Virus record (IMG/VR): IMGVR_UViG_3300010340_000454
Coordinates: 32,001 to 96,000 of that record
From: a virus
Taxonomy: Duplodnaviria > Caudoviricetes
Length of the DNA: 64,000 nt
Direction: 5' to 3' (one strand)
Shown here: positions 1 through 9,250 of the stretch, piece after piece
How the letters are laid out: every line of letters starts with the position of its first letter
Numbering within the stretch: position 1 is the first letter of the stretch
The notes under the pieces: generated by a model
Databases searched by the model: none
What the model saw: the letters and a program-made list of their open reading frames with translations, nothing else
Told to the model about the DNA's origin: nothing
Program-made: the position numbers and the translations under genes

Positions 1-2592
1 CAAATATCAGGGGCCGTAGTAGTTCAGACCGACACAAGTGATCCTACCACGCTATCTTCTAGACTGTCTTCGTCAGATAATTTTGGACTAACTTATACTC
101 CTCCTGTAGGTTATATCGGGTATGGTTCTGTTGGGGACGCGGTTCCTCCTGCCGGTGTTGAAGACGGTAACCGTTTCCGAGTTACTGCTCCAGGCACTTA
201 CGCAGGAAATGCAGCCCAGACAAACGACTTGGTAGAATTTCGTAACAGTACCGCAAACATTTTTGTCTACAAGCATTCTTCTAGTGTGGTTACCCCAGAA
301 ACTCTTGCCGCTGGCCTTATTGAAGTGGAATCTAAGATTGACTCTAAACTCTCGATTACTCGGGTGCAGAACATTTATAACTCGTCCGCTGACCAACCTG
401 CCTGGACTGCTACAGACGTTGGTTTGTACTTCTTAGTAGGAACTATCCCGACTGGAGACTTTTCTACCGCTACTTTCGGCCAACTAGCTAAGGTTATATC
501 TGTTACTTCAGGTACACCTACTTTTACGTTTATTTCTCCGTTAGAAAATGATAGAATTTTTTACGTTCCGTTTGGCGTTAGTTACGTGTATGACCCTAAC
601 GACGCCTATCTCCCCTCCGTTGCAGATTCTCTTACAGAACTAAAGTGGATACATGATTCTTCTCACCCTAAATATCAAGGGTTAGAACGCTGGAATGCCA
701 CGTCTCCTTATAGTGTACTGGTAGATGACGAAAATCCCAACAATCAAGTTTATTTAACTAATACAGCCCAGTATCATAGAGTAGACCTTGTAGCAAATAA
801 TACCTCTTTAAGTGCGAACGTTCAGCTTTATCTTAATACAACCTTCTTATTTATGACAGATAACGCTCCTACCACCGGAACAATAGAAATTGAAGTAAGC
901 GGTGGAGGCAACCAGCCTTTAACGTTGACTGTACCCTCTTCCGGTGGAGGAACCATACCAACTAAAGGTTTCACTGTATATACCTTTGATCTAGACCCTC
1001 CTAATTTTAATTCCTATCAAGCTTTGCTGTTGGAATACAAGATTACTAATGGGACTCTTGCTCTTGAGCAAATATATCCTACTCCAGCTCCAAATATTCC
1101 GGTAGTTACCACCGATTACAATGGCCTAATGTCTGTGCAGGATAAAAGAAAACTTGATAACCTTGATGACTCCGTAGGCTTTGGATCTTATGTTACTACA
1201 AACTTGCCAAACTTACCTCTGATATGGTCTGACTCTTTCAGCACACCTTTTACTAAGTCTACCAACGACGAGATAATTTTTACCTACCAGAGTAACGGGT
1301 CTTCTTGGGCAACCTCCTATATAAATAGAAGCTCTCTTCTAGAATCCTCAAATCCAACATGGACTACCTATACTTTAGGGTCACAACTCGTTAAAAGTCT
1401 AGCCTATTCACCTTTACTGGACATGGCTATAGGTATAAGTATATTAGGAAACTCCTTAACAAAATTTAGCGGTTTTAATAATAACTATCTCAGTACTCCT
1501 AGTATTCCTTCTATACCTGGTATATCGCAGTTGAAAGGAATTATATGGTCAGACGTATTCAAAGCTTTTATAGCTTACTCAGACGCCAGCAATTTTGGGA
1601 ATAAAGTTTTATACTCTACAGACGGCGATACTTGGCTATCTGCTACTGGTTTTACTTCTCATAGGTATCTTGGAATAGTACCTACTGAAGAAGGCGTTAT
1701 CTGTTTGATGTATAACGGTTTTAACGTTAGTTTGTATAAAAACGCCGCAGTTAACTGGCAGTCTTCGTTCCCTGGCTCCTCTTTGGCTATCACTAACCTG
1801 TCAAGGGCAAATAGCGACCACTGCCTTGCCATTAATAAATATGGAACTGTGGTAGCTACCGATGGCTATTTCTTTTACGCAGGTGTTTCTGACCAATACA
1901 CCTTCTATAAAGAAGTTTTCATCCCTGCAAACATTAATAACCTCGTTTACTCTAAGGATCTTAACTGTTTTATTGGGGTATCTACAGGTAGTTTTGATAC
2001 GATGTTTATGTCCCCTGATGGATTAGACTGGACTTCCATTAGTGTGGGAGATGGAACTGCCACAAACGCAGGCTTTGCTGTTCACATTCAAGGCACGCCT
2101 TACGTAGCTAAATGGACAGCACCTGCTTTAACCCTTAATACCTTTAAGTATGGCCCAACGTTACTAACAAAGAAAGCAGACCTGCGAGCTAACCAAGCTA
2201 TCTCTCCTGTATTGAAATTGCTGGATGCTCCTTTAGAGCAAGTTAACCTAATGACTTCTAAGGATGGGTGGCTAAATATGACCCTAGTAAATTCTTGGAT
2301 AGGACCTATCGCAGCTACCAGAAAAAATGGGAACCGAGTGGACTTTGTTCTGGACATTAATTCAGGTACTACAGGGGGGATAGGTTCTGTACCAGTAAAT
2401 TGCAGGCCTACCTATAGTATCCGACTGCCTGCTGTTGTAAGCAACTCAAATTCAGGGCTACTCTATCATGGACACATCTATATTGATGCAACTGATGGTG
2501 GTGTCCAATTAATAACTAACCCCGGCGACTTCATTCCTACTGATATTGCTGTTCAACTTAACGCCACTTACTTTATTCTTCCTACTGCTTAA
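1..2592 (+). CDS. Tail fibre / receptor-binding protein, 5'-truncated by the window (frame is open from base 1)
   Basis: Frame 1 has no stop from base 1. It contains a GLMSVQDKRKLD fibre motif, Asp-box-like repeats (YQSNGSSW, YSTDGDTW, MSPDGLDW) suggesting a beta-propeller, and a C-terminal RKNGNRV..IGSVPVNCRP domain typical of fibre tips. Confidence 0.7.
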   Translation, partial: QISGAVVVQTDTSDPTTLSSRLSSSDNFGLTYTPPVGYIGYGSVGDAVPPAGVEDGNRFRVTAPGTYAGNAAQTNDLVEFRNSTANIFVYKHSSSVVTPETLAAGLIEVESKIDSKLSITRVQNIYNSSADQPAWTATDVGLYFLVGTIPTGDFSTATFGQLAKVISVTSGTPTFTFISPLENDRIFYVPFGVSYVYDPNDAYLPSVADSLTELKWIHDSSHPKYQGLERWNATSPYSVLVDDENPNNQVYLTNTAQYHRVDLVANNTSLSANVQLYLNTTFLFMTDNAPTTGTIEIEVSGGGNQPLTLTVPSSGGGTIPTKGFTVYTFDLDPPNFNSYQALLLEYKITNGTLALEQIYPTPAPNIPVVTTDYNGLMSVQDKRKLDNLDDSVGFGSYVTTNLPNLPLIWSDSFSTPFTKSTNDEIIFTYQSNGSSWATSYINRSSLLESSNPTWTTYTLGSQLVKSLAYSPLLDMAIGISILGNSLTKFSGFNNNYLSTPSIPSIPGISQLKGIIWSDVFKAFIAYSDASNFGNKVLYSTDGDTWLSATGFTSHRYLGIVPTEEGVICLMYNGFNVSLYKNAAVNWQSSFPGSSLAITNLSRANSDHCLAINKYGTVVATDGYFFYAGVSDQYTFYKEVFIPANINNLVYSKDLNCFIGVSTGSFDTMFMSPDGLDWTSISVGDGTATNAGFAVHIQGTPYVAKWTAPALTLNTFKYGPTLLTKKADLRANQAISPVLKLLDAPLEQVNLMTSKDGWLNMTLVNSWIGPIAATRKNGNRVDFVLDINSGTTGGIGSVPVNCRPTYSIRLPAVVSNSNSGLLYHGHIYIDATDGGVQLITNPGDFIPTDIAVQLNATYFILPTA

Positions 2593-2701
2593 TCTTTGGC
2601 GAAACACCGCTAAACACCGCATTATTGTATTTTTCCTCTAGGCAACGTTTAAACTTGCCGAGCTTTAGGAACTCTTGGTGGAGTTAGCATTGTCTACTTT
2701 T

Positions 2702-2711
2702 TTAATTTTAT
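2702..2711 (+). promoter_or_regulatory. Putative late-promoter motif A variant (TTAATTTTAT)
   Basis: One mismatch to CTAATTTWAT, intergenic, starting 28 nt before ATG 2730, which has an AGGAG RBS. Confidence 0.4.
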
Positions 2712-2729
2712 CTTCTAATAGGAGTTAAT

Positions 2730-3716
2730 ATGGCTACACCTACACCAGAAGAAATCTACCTTGGAGTTCAGAGGCTAAAGCTATATTTCCAGCAAAACTT
2801 TCCGTATAAGCATACGTACTACGAAGGTAGTGTCGATCCTCTAACGTCTGGGTACGCTGCACCTGTAGGCGCGGTATACGCACAGAAAGACGGCTTAGGT
2901 GACGTTGTTAACCTTTGGCTAAAAACGTCTACTGGAAATAATAGTTGGAAACCTTTAGACGCAACCGAGGCACCTCCTGCCATTGCTGCGTGGTCCCCTA
3001 ATACTGCATACTCTTCGTTTGCAGATACAAGCGCCCCAACAATTGTTTGGGAACCTATATCGTCTACTCTGTACTATAATACGCAGGACTTTACGTCCTC
3101 AGCAACGTTTGCAGAAGATCAATTATTAAACAGATGGTTAGAGGTAGCACCGGAGCCTGCACCTCCTACTCCTGTAGACACAACTATTCCATATTGGGAC
3201 ATGTCTTCCTTAGTAGGGGACGCTACACCGCCTGTTGATGCTACCGACGGTAAAATGTACAGGGCTAACCCAGGTGGAACTTTTGCGGGTAAAACAGTAT
3301 TACCTAATTCTTTAGTCGTTTTTAAAAATGCTATCTCCCAGATTGATGTATACGTCGAACAGCAAGACTTACCTGCACCCTACACTGGACTAGATGTAGT
3401 TACTACCATAGCTAGTGCGTCCGGAATCCTTACTATAGATTTATCCTTAGGCAAGCTTTTCCAGACCACTCTTTATGAAGACGTTACTTCCGTTTTAGTT
3501 TTAAATCCACCACCAGCGGGTTTCGGCACTACATTTGTTCTTTGGATTACACAAGATGCCGTTACGCCCAAAACTTTTGCTATGCCAGCTTTCTTTACAT
3601 GGGACAATGGGTTGGAAGAAGACATATCCACTGCGTTAGGCGCTACCGACATGATTGCAGCCACTACTCGTAACGGAACAACATTCGACGTTACTCTGAG
3701 TCGAGGTAGGGCATAA
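2730..3716 (+). CDS. Virion appendage / tail-fibre-associated protein
   Basis: Contains a WSPNTAY carbohydrate-binding-like motif, a module shared with the upstream fibre, and a C-terminal beta-domain shared with 27295..28125. Confidence 0.55.
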   Translation: MATPTPEEIYLGVQRLKLYFQQNFPYKHTYYEGSVDPLTSGYAAPVGAVYAQKDGLGDVVNLWLKTSTGNNSWKPLDATEAPPAIAAWSPNTAYSSFADTSAPTIVWEPISSTLYYNTQDFTSSATFAEDQLLNRWLEVAPEPAPPTPVDTTIPYWDMSSLVGDATPPVDATDGKMYRANPGGTFAGKTVLPNSLVVFKNAISQIDVYVEQQDLPAPYTGLDVVTTIASASGILTIDLSLGKLFQTTLYEDVTSVLVLNPPPAGFGTTFVLWITQDAVTPKTFAMPAFFTWDNGLEEDISTALGATDMIAATTRNGTTFDVTLSRGRA

Positions 3717-4807
3717 TGTCTGCCCTGCTTGGTCACTACGGCTTGCTATTGCAGAAGAGAGCCATACCACCTCTGTACACTATGGCACCAATACTAGGAA
3801 CTACCTATTACAAATTCTTTGAAAAAGCTGCTATAGCTAGAGGCCCATTGTCTTACGGTAGTACGCCTGAGGATTTCGACTACTGCTTATGGACAGCATA
3901 TCAGAGCGGCACAGACGTAGTGGTAGAAAGGTTTGACGGGTCAGCTTGGGTAGACTTAACCGTTATCGCCTCAGGTATAGTAGGAACTATCCACCACATA
4001 TCATTAACCTTCGATCAGCTAGGCAACCCTATATGTTCGTGGGAAATAGATGGAACCATATACCTACGTTGGTACGATCCTCTAATACCTGCCATGACTA
4101 CTACTAATCTTGGAGCAGGCAAGTCTCCTTTTATTACAATGTCTTGCTTCAATTCTTTCTTAGGGAATCGACAAATCTATTTGGTTTATGTAAAGCCTAA
4201 CATGGATCTTGTGTACAGGCTACAAGACGACAGGTATACAGTAGAATACCTAGTTCAATCTAGCGTAGATGACATTCTTGCTTTTGGTGTAACGCCTTAC
4301 AACAACCTTAAAATTATTCTGACGTATAGAGTTGGAGGCACAACTCAGGTAATAGATAATAAGGCAACCGTTCGTAAAGGTTTATGGCAGGGAGATAGCA
4401 CACCACAAACAGTAACGCCTGAGGTGCAGCGGCTAGAGATTGTTGACGTATCTAAAATTATTAGTGACGTTACAGACCCGGTGCTATCAGATAAGGCTAC
4501 GGTAGACTCTTCGGGAACCGTAGTTAGTATAGGTTTAGCACTAGCTGTCATAACTATAGACAGTACCTCACAGCCTAATCTTACAGACCTAGCGACCGTA
4601 GACTCCTCAGGCACCGTGACTTTTATTGAACTGAAGAATGTAACAATACATAACTCACAGGAAGAGCCTATACCAGCAGCACTATCAAGTACAATGTCAG
4701 ACTTTATTGTAGGAATTGAGGAGGCTTTGATACAAACTTCACAGGAAGAGCCTATACCTGCTGCGCTTAGTAGCTCCATTTCTAATTTCAGCCTTACTGT
4801 AGTCTAA
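3716..4807 (+). CDS. Virion structural protein with C-terminal tandem repeats
   Basis: Coupled to the upstream gene by a TAATG overlap. ATVDSSGTV occurs twice and SQEEPIPAALSS twice. Confidence 0.55.
   Translation: MSALLGHYGLLLQKRAIPPLYTMAPILGTTYYKFFEKAAIARGPLSYGSTPEDFDYCLWTAYQSGTDVVVERFDGSAWVDLTVIASGIVGTIHHISLTFDQLGNPICSWEIDGTIYLRWYDPLIPAMTTTNLGAGKSPFITMSCFNSFLGNRQIYLVYVKPNMDLVYRLQDDRYTVEYLVQSSVDDILAFGVTPYNNLKIILTYRVGGTTQVIDNKATVRKGLWQGDSTPQTVTPEVQRLEIVDVSKIISDVTDPVLSDKATVDSSGTVVSIGLALAVITIDSTSQPNLTDLATVDSSGTVTFIELKNVTIHNSQEEPIPAALSSTMSDFIVGIEEALIQTSQEEPIPAALSSSISNFSLTVV
4655..4758 (+). repeat. Direct repeat TCACAGGAAGAGCCTATACC (4655-4674, 4739-4758), 84-nt period
   Basis: Exact 20-nt repeat encoding SQEEPIP. 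Confidence 0.85.
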
Positions 4808-4828
4808 GGTATTTCAAAGGAGTTTTAT

Positions 4829-5809
4829 ATGATAGACATTACAACCAGACTTAGCCCAGCGAAAGGCGTAATAGGTTTGCAGGTACTCAAAGCTGATGGG
4901 ACAGAAGTCCCTGAGAAAAGTAGGGAGTTTGAGCAAGTTTTTACTGATTATGGTTTTAAGACTTTGTATAGTGGCGCCAGCTTTGTAACCACTGGAGGTG
5001 GTGGCAGCTACTATGGTCTTTTTCGTATCTGCCGAGTAGGAACAGGCACAGTAGAAAGAACTTTCACCGATGTTGGTTTAGGTTCTATACTACCAGCGAA
5101 TGCGTTTGCCGAAACCATACCTGACGCTATCTGTTCTTTAGAAGTGCATGGTGGAAAAAATTACATAAAAACTGTAAGAAAGTACGCATTTGATTTAGGT
5201 TCGATTGTAGCAACAATATCAGAAGTTGGAATTTTTAATGGTATCAGCAATAATACCGTAATGATGGCAGGTCAGCTTATTAAGGATATAGGAGGGACTC
5301 CAACTACACTAACTCTGCTAGCAGATGAGCAGCTAATTGTAACCTACACTTTTTATGTAGAAACTTTAGTTGTAGGAACTGGGACACTCAATAGAGCGGC
5401 CCTGACGCAAATATCATCGGGGAGCGTTAATGTGAATGGCGTACCCTATGACTACACCATAAACTTTGGTAATGCCATTTATCAGGGAGGCACCTCAGGT
5501 ACAACTGGATACCATCACATCGCTGGGTTCGGACCTACCGCAATGCAAGACCCTTATAGATCCGCTGGAACCGTTTCAGTAACGGCATCTACTAAAACTT
5601 TTACTACGGTGTACTTCTCTAATAAGGTAGAAATTTCTGCGAACATAGTTATTCCTCCTAGCTCTGGAACTTTTTCCACACCAGATATAGATGTACGCGA
5701 TTCGTCAGGTAGAACAGCATACGTCATTACGTTCTCGCCGAATCTGCCTAAAACTAATACACAAACACTGAATCTTTCTTTCAAACACACTATTCAGTGG
5801 AGAGCCTAA
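4829..5809 (+). CDS. Virion structural protein, paralogue 1 of 3
   Basis: CRVGTGT...ISEVGI...EQLIVTY motifs shared with the next two ORFs; AAGGAG RBS. Confidence 0.6.
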   Translation: MIDITTRLSPAKGVIGLQVLKADGTEVPEKSREFEQVFTDYGFKTLYSGASFVTTGGGGSYYGLFRICRVGTGTVERTFTDVGLGSILPANAFAETIPDAICSLEVHGGKNYIKTVRKYAFDLGSIVATISEVGIFNGISNNTVMMAGQLIKDIGGTPTTLTLLADEQLIVTYTFYVETLVVGTGTLNRAALTQISSGSVNVNGVPYDYTINFGNAIYQGGTSGTTGYHHIAGFGPTAMQDPYRSAGTVSVTASTKTFTTVYFSNKVEISANIVIPPSSGTFSTPDIDVRDSSGRTAYVITFSPNLPKTNTQTLNLSFKHTIQWRA

Positions 5810-5810
5810 A

Positions 5811-6794
5811 ATGAAGTTAAAAGCTAAGACCCATATTGGATGTTTAGGTGAAGTAACTTGCGTTGTTCGCCATAAAGATGGCACGGAGACTGTTTATCCA
5901 ACAGAGCAGAACACGCACACTTACACATGGTTTAACTGGGCCACAAGTAATAACACATTGAGTCAGTTCTCAAACCCATTCGCTCCCACAGCAATTGATT
6001 ACTGCTATGTTGGAACTGGAAATACTCCGATAACTAAAACTAGCACGCGCCTGCAAACACCTTTATCAGCGGTTGCTTCAGGTACAATTGGAACTTTTAT
6101 AAACGACCAGGATATAGGGGGTATACTGTACTCAGGAGTTGAGAATCAATACATTTTTACTTTTGGTGTGATAAACGCAACTATTACAGAAATTGGCCTT
6201 CATAAAACTCCGGGAAATACAAGCGGATTACATTGCGGCTTAGTCTTGAATACTCCGGTGATTGTAACATCAGAAGATCAATTGATAGTTAGATACAAAA
6301 GGCTGTATTCTGGTAATTGTATAGGATGGCTCGCATCAGATCTGGCTGGGTGGAACGCTATGCCAAATTCAGATTCTGGCTCTTTTGTTTACGCAGGGAA
6401 TACTTATAATTATACGCTAAAGGTAGCACATCTAATTAAAGGTGGATCAATTGCAGCCCCTACTTCCATACAGACCATGGGAGGAGGAGCCTCTACAGTA
6501 TTTATATGGGATGGAACGGCGTCTACTACAGGAGGCACTACAGTTACCTCGCCAACTATTACTCATACTTTACTTACTCCAAATACAACACAAAGAGATT
6601 TTGTTTCTTACAGTACATCTCTCCTGATACCTCCTACGTCTGGAACTTACCCTATAGGTAGACTCGGCTTTGGTGGGCCAACAGGAAGTGTGTATTGGGC
6701 TATTACTATGCTGCTATCATTCGATCCTCCTCTACCCAAAACAAATCAGTTAAAATTTCAAGTAACTATCGAACACACAATATCGTGGAGCTAA
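5811..6794 (+). CDS. Virion structural protein, paralogue 2 of 3
   Basis: CYVGTGN...ITEIGL...DQLIVRY; C-terminal FDPPLPKTN. Confidence 0.6.
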   Translation: MKLKAKTHIGCLGEVTCVVRHKDGTETVYPTEQNTHTYTWFNWATSNNTLSQFSNPFAPTAIDYCYVGTGNTPITKTSTRLQTPLSAVASGTIGTFINDQDIGGILYSGVENQYIFTFGVINATITEIGLHKTPGNTSGLHCGLVLNTPVIVTSEDQLIVRYKRLYSGNCIGWLASDLAGWNAMPNSDSGSFVYAGNTYNYTLKVAHLIKGGSIAAPTSIQTMGGGASTVFIWDGTASTTGGTTVTSPTITHTLLTPNTTQRDFVSYSTSLLIPPTSGTYPIGRLGFGGPTGSVYWAITMLLSFDPPLPKTNQLKFQVTIEHTISWS

Positions 6795-6798
6795 TCCG

Positions 6799-7701
6799 AT
6801 GACCACGAAAGTAATTGAGGCCAGTATTAAGCTACCAAAGCCTAAAGGGACTATAAGCATACAGGTAGGTAATAAGAGCTATCAAGAAGAAAACTTGTTC
6901 ACTGTATATGGTATGGGTCGTCTTACTACATCCAACGCCATCGTAATGAATACCACAGGGGGCATCTTCATAAATTGCAAGGTAGGCTCAGGCACAACAC
7001 CTATAACCATTAATTCTACCGCGCTGAGTGCAGCCTATGCTGCAAACTCTACTAGGTCTAACACTGTACTTAACTACGTTACTTCTGCCGGTCAACGCTA
7101 CGCCCAGTTGACCTCAACTTTTAGTTTCCCAACAGGCTCCATTGTCGGGAACATTACAGAAATTATGCTTTGCCCGGCAGCATCCAACGCTAATATGTTG
7201 TGTGGTAAGTTATTGGACGTTGCTGTTCCTGTTATCGCATCAGAACAAGTAGTCATTGTCTATACGGTGCGCGTCCCAATCGTTTCAACATTCACACAGA
7301 TAGCGTCTGGCAATGTAACACTAAATGGAACTAATACAAACTACGTCCTAGAGGCGCAACTCCACTCTGAGTCAGCCACTTCGCTAATTTCTCAATTTCC
7401 ATTTCCTACTGCACGTACTTCCGCAAATTACTCAGACTTCTATGTCAATTCAGCTTCGCTAGGGGCTAGCAACGGCTCGTATGAGTGTGTGAAAACGGTA
7501 AATGGTCTGCAAATAGAATACTTATTAAAATGTGACATTTTAGGTTTTGTGCCATCTACGCCTATAACTGTATTTGGATTTGGCTCGTATTACCAAGGAG
7601 CAACTTATAGCTTGCGCTTTGTATTTGACATACCTTTTACCAAGCCCCTAAACTTAAACTTCAGAACCTATGTCAAACTAACTATTTTATGGGAGGCATA
7701 A
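6799..7701 (+). CDS. Virion structural protein, paralogue 3 of 3
   Basis: CKVGSGT...ITEIML...EQVVIVY; C-terminal FDIPFTKP. Confidence 0.6.
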   Translation: MTTKVIEASIKLPKPKGTISIQVGNKSYQEENLFTVYGMGRLTTSNAIVMNTTGGIFINCKVGSGTTPITINSTALSAAYAANSTRSNTVLNYVTSAGQRYAQLTSTFSFPTGSIVGNITEIMLCPAASNANMLCGKLLDVAVPVIASEQVVIVYTVRVPIVSTFTQIASGNVTLNGTNTNYVLEAQLHSESATSLISQFPFPTARTSANYSDFYVNSASLGASNGSYECVKTVNGLQIEYLLKCDILGFVPSTPITVFGFGSYYQGATYSLRFVFDIPFTKPLNLNFRTYVKLTILWEA

Positions 7702-7702
7702 T

Positions 7703-7966
7703 ATGTCATTTACAACAACAGAACCTGCAGGCATTATTGGATACCCACTGAAGCAAACACAAACAGAATTTATAAGTTCCGCAGGTACACCAGGAACTCC
7801 AGAAACACCTATTACAGGGGATAGAATTTTACCAGGAACTACGGCCGAAACCTCGCAATTTACTGCTCCTAATTCAATAAGGCCTATAATTACCTCTACA
7901 GCCGTGCGGGCCTCTAGGACTACAACGGATAAAATTGCGGTAGTTACTATCGCACAAGACCTTTAA
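7703..7966 (+). CDS. Hypothetical Thr/Pro-rich protein
   Basis: GGAGG RBS and tight packing in the operon. Confidence 0.55.
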   Translation: MSFTTTEPAGIIGYPLKQTQTEFISSAGTPGTPETPITGDRILPGTTAETSQFTAPNSIRPIITSTAVRASRTTTDKIAVVTIAQDL

Positions 7967-7978
7967 AGGAGAACAAAA

Positions 7979-8629
7979 ATGTTTAAGATAACCAAAGAAC
8001 TATTTAAGGTTGCTGCACCTACATGTAAAACGCCTGACGTTTTTGTTGACTTGTTGAACGAACACTTACCTAAGTTCGGTATAGATACAAGATTAGAGGT
8101 AGTACACTTTTTGGCCCAGTACTCGCATGAGACTTCGGACTTTAACAAATTTATTGAGAATACAAACTACACATCTCCTGAAAGGCTAGTGGCCATCTTT
8201 GGTAAGTACTTCTACTTAAATACCAAAACTCCTCGTAAGTATGATGCTAGGCAGTATGCAGGGAAGCCCGAAGCTATTGCTAACATTGTTTACGCTAACC
8301 GAAACGGTAATGGAGGGCCTGAAACAGGCCATGGGTTTAAGTACAGAGGAAGAGGCGCTTGTCATTTAACCTTTCTAGATAACTATAAGGCATTTCAAAA
8401 AGACATGGGCAAACTCTTCCCAAAGTCAGTAGTTGAGGCTCCTGAACAAATAGAGCAACCTTTTGGTAGCGTGATGGCAGGAATTTGGTACTGGAACTAT
8501 AGGAAAATTAACATTGCAGCTACAAAGAACTCTGTCGAAGCGGTATCTCGTTTAGTAAATGGAGGTACTAACGGACTATCTGATAGAATAGCTAGAACAA
8601 ACAAGCTATTATCCTACACGAAAACCTGA
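7979..8629 (+). CDS. Endolysin, glycoside hydrolase family 19
   Basis: HFLAQYSHET..EN, IANIVYANRNGNG, YRGRG and NGGTNGLSDR motifs of phage GH19 lysins. Confidence 0.92.
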   Translation: MFKITKELFKVAAPTCKTPDVFVDLLNEHLPKFGIDTRLEVVHFLAQYSHETSDFNKFIENTNYTSPERLVAIFGKYFYLNTKTPRKYDARQYAGKPEAIANIVYANRNGNGGPETGHGFKYRGRGACHLTFLDNYKAFQKDMGKLFPKSVVEAPEQIEQPFGSVMAGIWYWNYRKINIAATKNSVEAVSRLVNGGTNGLSDRIARTNKLLSYTKT

Positions 8630-8637
8630 GGCTATTT

Positions 8638-8979
8638 ATGGAAATAATTTATGAGACTAAGACTGTTTTTCTTCTAGGTATAGTGTTTATAATAGGCCTA
8701 GTCACTGGTATGACATTGGCTACCCGTAAGCAAATAAACTTATTAGATTTGGTAGTTGGAAAAGATGGTAAATTATCTGCGGCAAGGCTTTGGGAGAACA
8801 TTGCTCTAGCAGTAGGTGTCTGGGCTTTTGTATATAGCGTGTACACCAGAATAATAACAGAGGCCATATGGTTAATCTTCCTAGCGTCTTATACAGGTAA
8901 TAAACTTTTAGGTAATCTTATACATGCCAAATATACAGGCAACAGCGAATCCAACAAAAACGATTCTAGCTCTGCCTGA
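8638..8979 (+). CDS. Putative holin
   Basis: Two to three hydrophobic segments, a DGKLS..R motif, and position directly after the endolysin. Confidence 0.7.
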   Translation: MEIIYETKTVFLLGIVFIIGLVTGMTLATRKQINLLDLVVGKDGKLSAARLWENIALAVGVWAFVYSVYTRIITEAIWLIFLASYTGNKLLGNLIHAKYTGNSESNKNDSSSA

Positions 8980-8989
8980 CTAATTTAAT
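8980..8989 (+). promoter_or_regulatory. Putative late-promoter motif A (CTAATTTAAT)
   Basis: Recurring intergenic motif, here upstream of the sheath operon. Confidence 0.55.
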
Positions 8990-9013
8990 ACTGACAATAT
9001 GAGGGATTCCTCC

Positions 9014-9250
9014 ATGTACCAAATGATTGCAAATACGCACGATTTTCAGATTAACCTTTTGGTAAATACCGCAAACGGAGAGACTAGGAGTGTCGCTCTC
9101 CCTCCTAAGCAGCGTGGCCGTCTTAATGAAGGCGAAACTGTTTCTGAGCAATCTTTGAGGGATTACCCTAAGTTAAAAGTAGCAGAAATTCCTGACACAC
9201 CACCTGTTCAAGGTAATCCGGCTAACAACGACAATGAGGTGCCTGAATAA
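9014..9250 (+). CDS. Small hypothetical protein preceding the sheath gene (ORF track start 8999)
   Basis: A GAGGG RBS favours ATG 9014; the stop overlaps the sheath ATG. Confidence 0.6.
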   Translation: MYQMIANTHDFQINLLVNTANGETRSVALPPKQRGRLNEGETVSEQSLRDYPKLKVAEIPDTPPVQGNPANNDNEVPE

